Source: Laetmonice hystrix (Eukaryota). From it: a stretch of DNA of 64,000 nt. Under the pieces are notes generated by a model, which was not told the DNA's origin, searched no databases, and saw nothing but the letters and a program-made list of their open reading frames with translations. The translations under genes and the position numbers were made by a program. Shown piece by piece: positions 61,701 to 64,000 of the stretch. Position 1 is the first letter of the stretch. Every line of letters begins with the position of its first letter. The DNA lies in contig OZ249447.1 of NCBI GenBank assembly GCA_965235115.1, positions 24,862,001 through 24,926,000 of the forward strand. Reading direction: 5' to 3'.

Positions 61701-63950
61701 TTCTTCCTTCTTCCTCTAGTGCCGCTGATGGTTCAGACACGCCGTCCTCTGGCCCATGTACAGGATGGAACTTCTGGGTGTTTCCGTGGGCACCCGCAGG
61801 TAGTTCCTGTCCGCTCGGTTCTGGAACGTTCCCGTGAATCCCGTCCACTAACTGTGACGGAACTTCGCCTTCGTCTTGTTGAGATGCGTCTGTGATTGTT
61901 TCAGTTGCTCTTGAAGTGACGCTGCCATTTTGTGTCTCCTCTGCTGGGAGGCTTTTACCCAGTTGACCTTTGTAGGTCAGGTCATCTCTCCGTTGTCCGA
62001 TATCTGACGGTTCCTCGAGTGCGGCGTTTAATTTGACCTTACTTGCCGCAGTTTCATCGGCGCCTTGGGTGTCGACAGCTTTGGTTTTCTTCGGTTTACA
62101 TGGCGTAGGAGGGCGTGATTCTGAAAATGTGTATCTCGGATTTTTTCAGAGCGGCAGGATATAAGAAACACGTGATGCCGAAACTAATATGCCGGTTTAT
62201 GGCTGACACTTAATCATATACGTGTATCACTGCGGGCCGTTAGTTATCTATAACTGATAGACTGTTAAATACGGGCCGTCAATCTATATGTTTACATTGT
62301 TTGTTGTTGTTTCACTTGAGGCGCAGACGTCATGTATATGGGTTACAAGATAACTGTGCCATCGTGACCACCCGTATGCTAGTAGATAGTTTCAGTTTCA
62401 GGAATCATGTCTCGGGCTTTACGGAAATGAGAACCAATATGTCTATCATTACGGCGAATTATTCACAGCATGTAGACACCATGAGACTCCGGGTTAGTTC
62501 TAAAATTGGCAGTGTATCTTTACTGTTTAGTATTCCCGAGTTGTTATAAATTATCTGTATTTAGATAAAATAGTATAGTAGTGCCATACCGAGAAGAGAT
62601 TACGATCCTGATATACTTTAAGTAGTTCAGGAAGAGGAATATGTATATTACATACCATTTCTGATGTCAGGGTCTCTCTGTAAATAAGATTTGTTCTTGG
62701 CAGCAGGGCCTGGGGCCGGTGGTTCTGCGATAAAAACACAGGGTTTCACAGAATGTCTAGAGATGTTTGAATGGAAATCGTCGAAGCACTAATTTCACAC
62801 TGACTACCTGCTCGAACGTCCTTTCCGTTTCGATCTCCATGGTATGTGGACGCTTGAGGTTTTGTTCCCATCGGTTTGGGCCAATCTGGAAAATAAAAAA
62901 ATATTAAGGACAAAATATCAAACTGCAAAAAAAGCCCTATAAAATCATGAATAAATCAGAAAATATTTTACCTTTCGTCACATCAGCTGTCCCCTCCTCT
63001 TTGTGACCCACGACGGCAATTTGTTTGGTGGACTGCAACGCAGGTTTTTCTCCTTCAGCGAGCGGTTTTGGCGACTCTAGAAGATATTGAAAATATCCAC
63101 CTACGTGTATACCAATGATACTACTGTAAAAAGGGACAATAAAATATCCACCTATACGTGTATACCAATGATACTACTATAACTATAAGAAGGGATGATA
63201 ACACAACTGTTTGATGAGATGGGGGTCTTACTTTTCTTCAGATTGATTGATTTTCTGTCGTCCAGCCCGGCCCTTTTATCTCTGACCTCTTCAGTCACTG
63301 ACGCTGGAGATGGGTGTGGTTCTGCAAGATACAAACTTCAGGTAAACCAATTGCATTAGTTTAGGAAACCTAAAAGTCACTTTGAGAAGTGTTAGCACCG
63401 ACCCAAGCCTACATTACACAGGAAAAGTTGAGTATACAGGCCTGTATACAGTTTTCCCATAATACCATTTCCTATGGAATGAATTATATTTACCTGATTT
63501 CTCCGGGGCCGCCTTGTCCTCTTCAGCCTCTGGCCGGTCACCGTACCTGTAGGCCTTGGACACTATCGATTTGAGATGGAATCGGAACACAATTTACAAA
63601 ATTCTCAATCAAGACAGAACAGGTCATCTAAATCCTCTTAGTCATCTGAACGGAACTTATAAAACTGCCAAGAACCTTTTTCTTCTCCTTGGGTGTTACT
63701 GAAACGAATTTACCTGCTGGAAAGTGTTTTCTCTCCGAATCCTCATGTTCCGTCCAAGGTTGAGATTCTGTCCGCTTCTTATCCTGACCCCAGACGGGAG
63801 TTTCTCTGGAGGGCGGCATTTCAGGTTCCTCTTCAGCGGCTGGCTTTGGCGACTCTAGCGTGGACTGAATACTTTTACCCGATTTCTCCTCTTCCGCATC
63901 TGAGTGGCTGCTGCTCCTGTAGGCCTTGGATACTCTGGGCTTGGGCCCAA
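55755..63950 (-). CDS. FGD: FGD-family RhoGEF paralog C (DH-PH-FYVE-PH), 5' end beyond the window
   Basis: Exons: 63950-63714, 63562-63494, 63321-63232, 63076-62972, 62885-62808, 62724-62656, 62120-60640, 60517-60422, 60192-60044, 59776-59620, 59407-59320, 59142-59092, 58886-58828, 58543-58397, 58278-58186, 58055-57976, 57687-57594, 57278-57150, 56936-56769, 56578-56453, 56247-56090, 55872-55755. Core exon sizes match FGD-B. The six most upstream exons are less certain. Confidence 0.9.
55943..56045. repeat. CT-rich simple repeat in the last FGD-C intron
   Basis: Imperfect (tc)n run. Confidence 0.6.
61187..61290 (-). repeat. In-frame 33-bp coding repeat ([12 protein letters not shown] x3) in FGD-C
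   Basis: gactc...ttggcagtttgctc(c/t)ggttcgagatgg at 61187, 61220 and 61253. Confidence 0.9.
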
Positions 63951-64000
63951 CTTAAAATGGAAGAATACAATTTACCTAATGTTCAATAAACAGACAGAAA

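Noticed and set aside
1-64000. tRNA, rRNA, snRNA or snoRNA genes
   Set aside because: No convincing cloverleaf or conserved boxes were seen by eye. tRNAscan-SE and Infernal would be needed to exclude them.

Overview
Eukaryotic, intron-rich animal genomic DNA; the style suggests a marine invertebrate, possibly lancelet-like (inference only). I read four gene families' worth of coding sequence: (1) a 5'-truncated, intronless class A orphan GPCR on + (2-1786); (2) a minus-strand tandem cluster of three FGD/frabin-type Cdc42 GEF paralogs (DH-PH-FYVE-PH) with conserved exon sizes and phases, here called FGD-A (3572-8603, degenerate FYVE, no second PH), FGD-B (13338-48572, about 1730 aa if my N-terminal exon chain is right) and FGD-C (55755 to beyond 64000); (3) a 9-exon quinone oxidoreductase-like (MDR/zeta-crystallin) gene on + (51164-54868), lying between FGD-B and FGD-C; (4) a nearly full-length LINE (RTEX-like, about 39865-45230) in FGD-B intron 1. 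The LINE ORF1 combines a coiled coil, an SGNH esterase and an apparent KH RNA-binding domain; its ORF2 has no initiator AUG and carries a +1 frameshift. The introns also hold several MITEs and tandem arrays (104, about 45, 48, 76 and 23 bp units). Best leads: the KH-containing LINE ORF1; a 7 x 104-bp duplication of a splice acceptor plus exon start that puts six stop-containing decoy acceptors ahead of an FGD-B PH2 exon; and the charge-reversed FYVE motif of FGD-A. All exon coordinates were assigned by eye from GT/AG sites, phase and paralog comparison. No CRISPR array, rRNA or tRNA gene was recognised.
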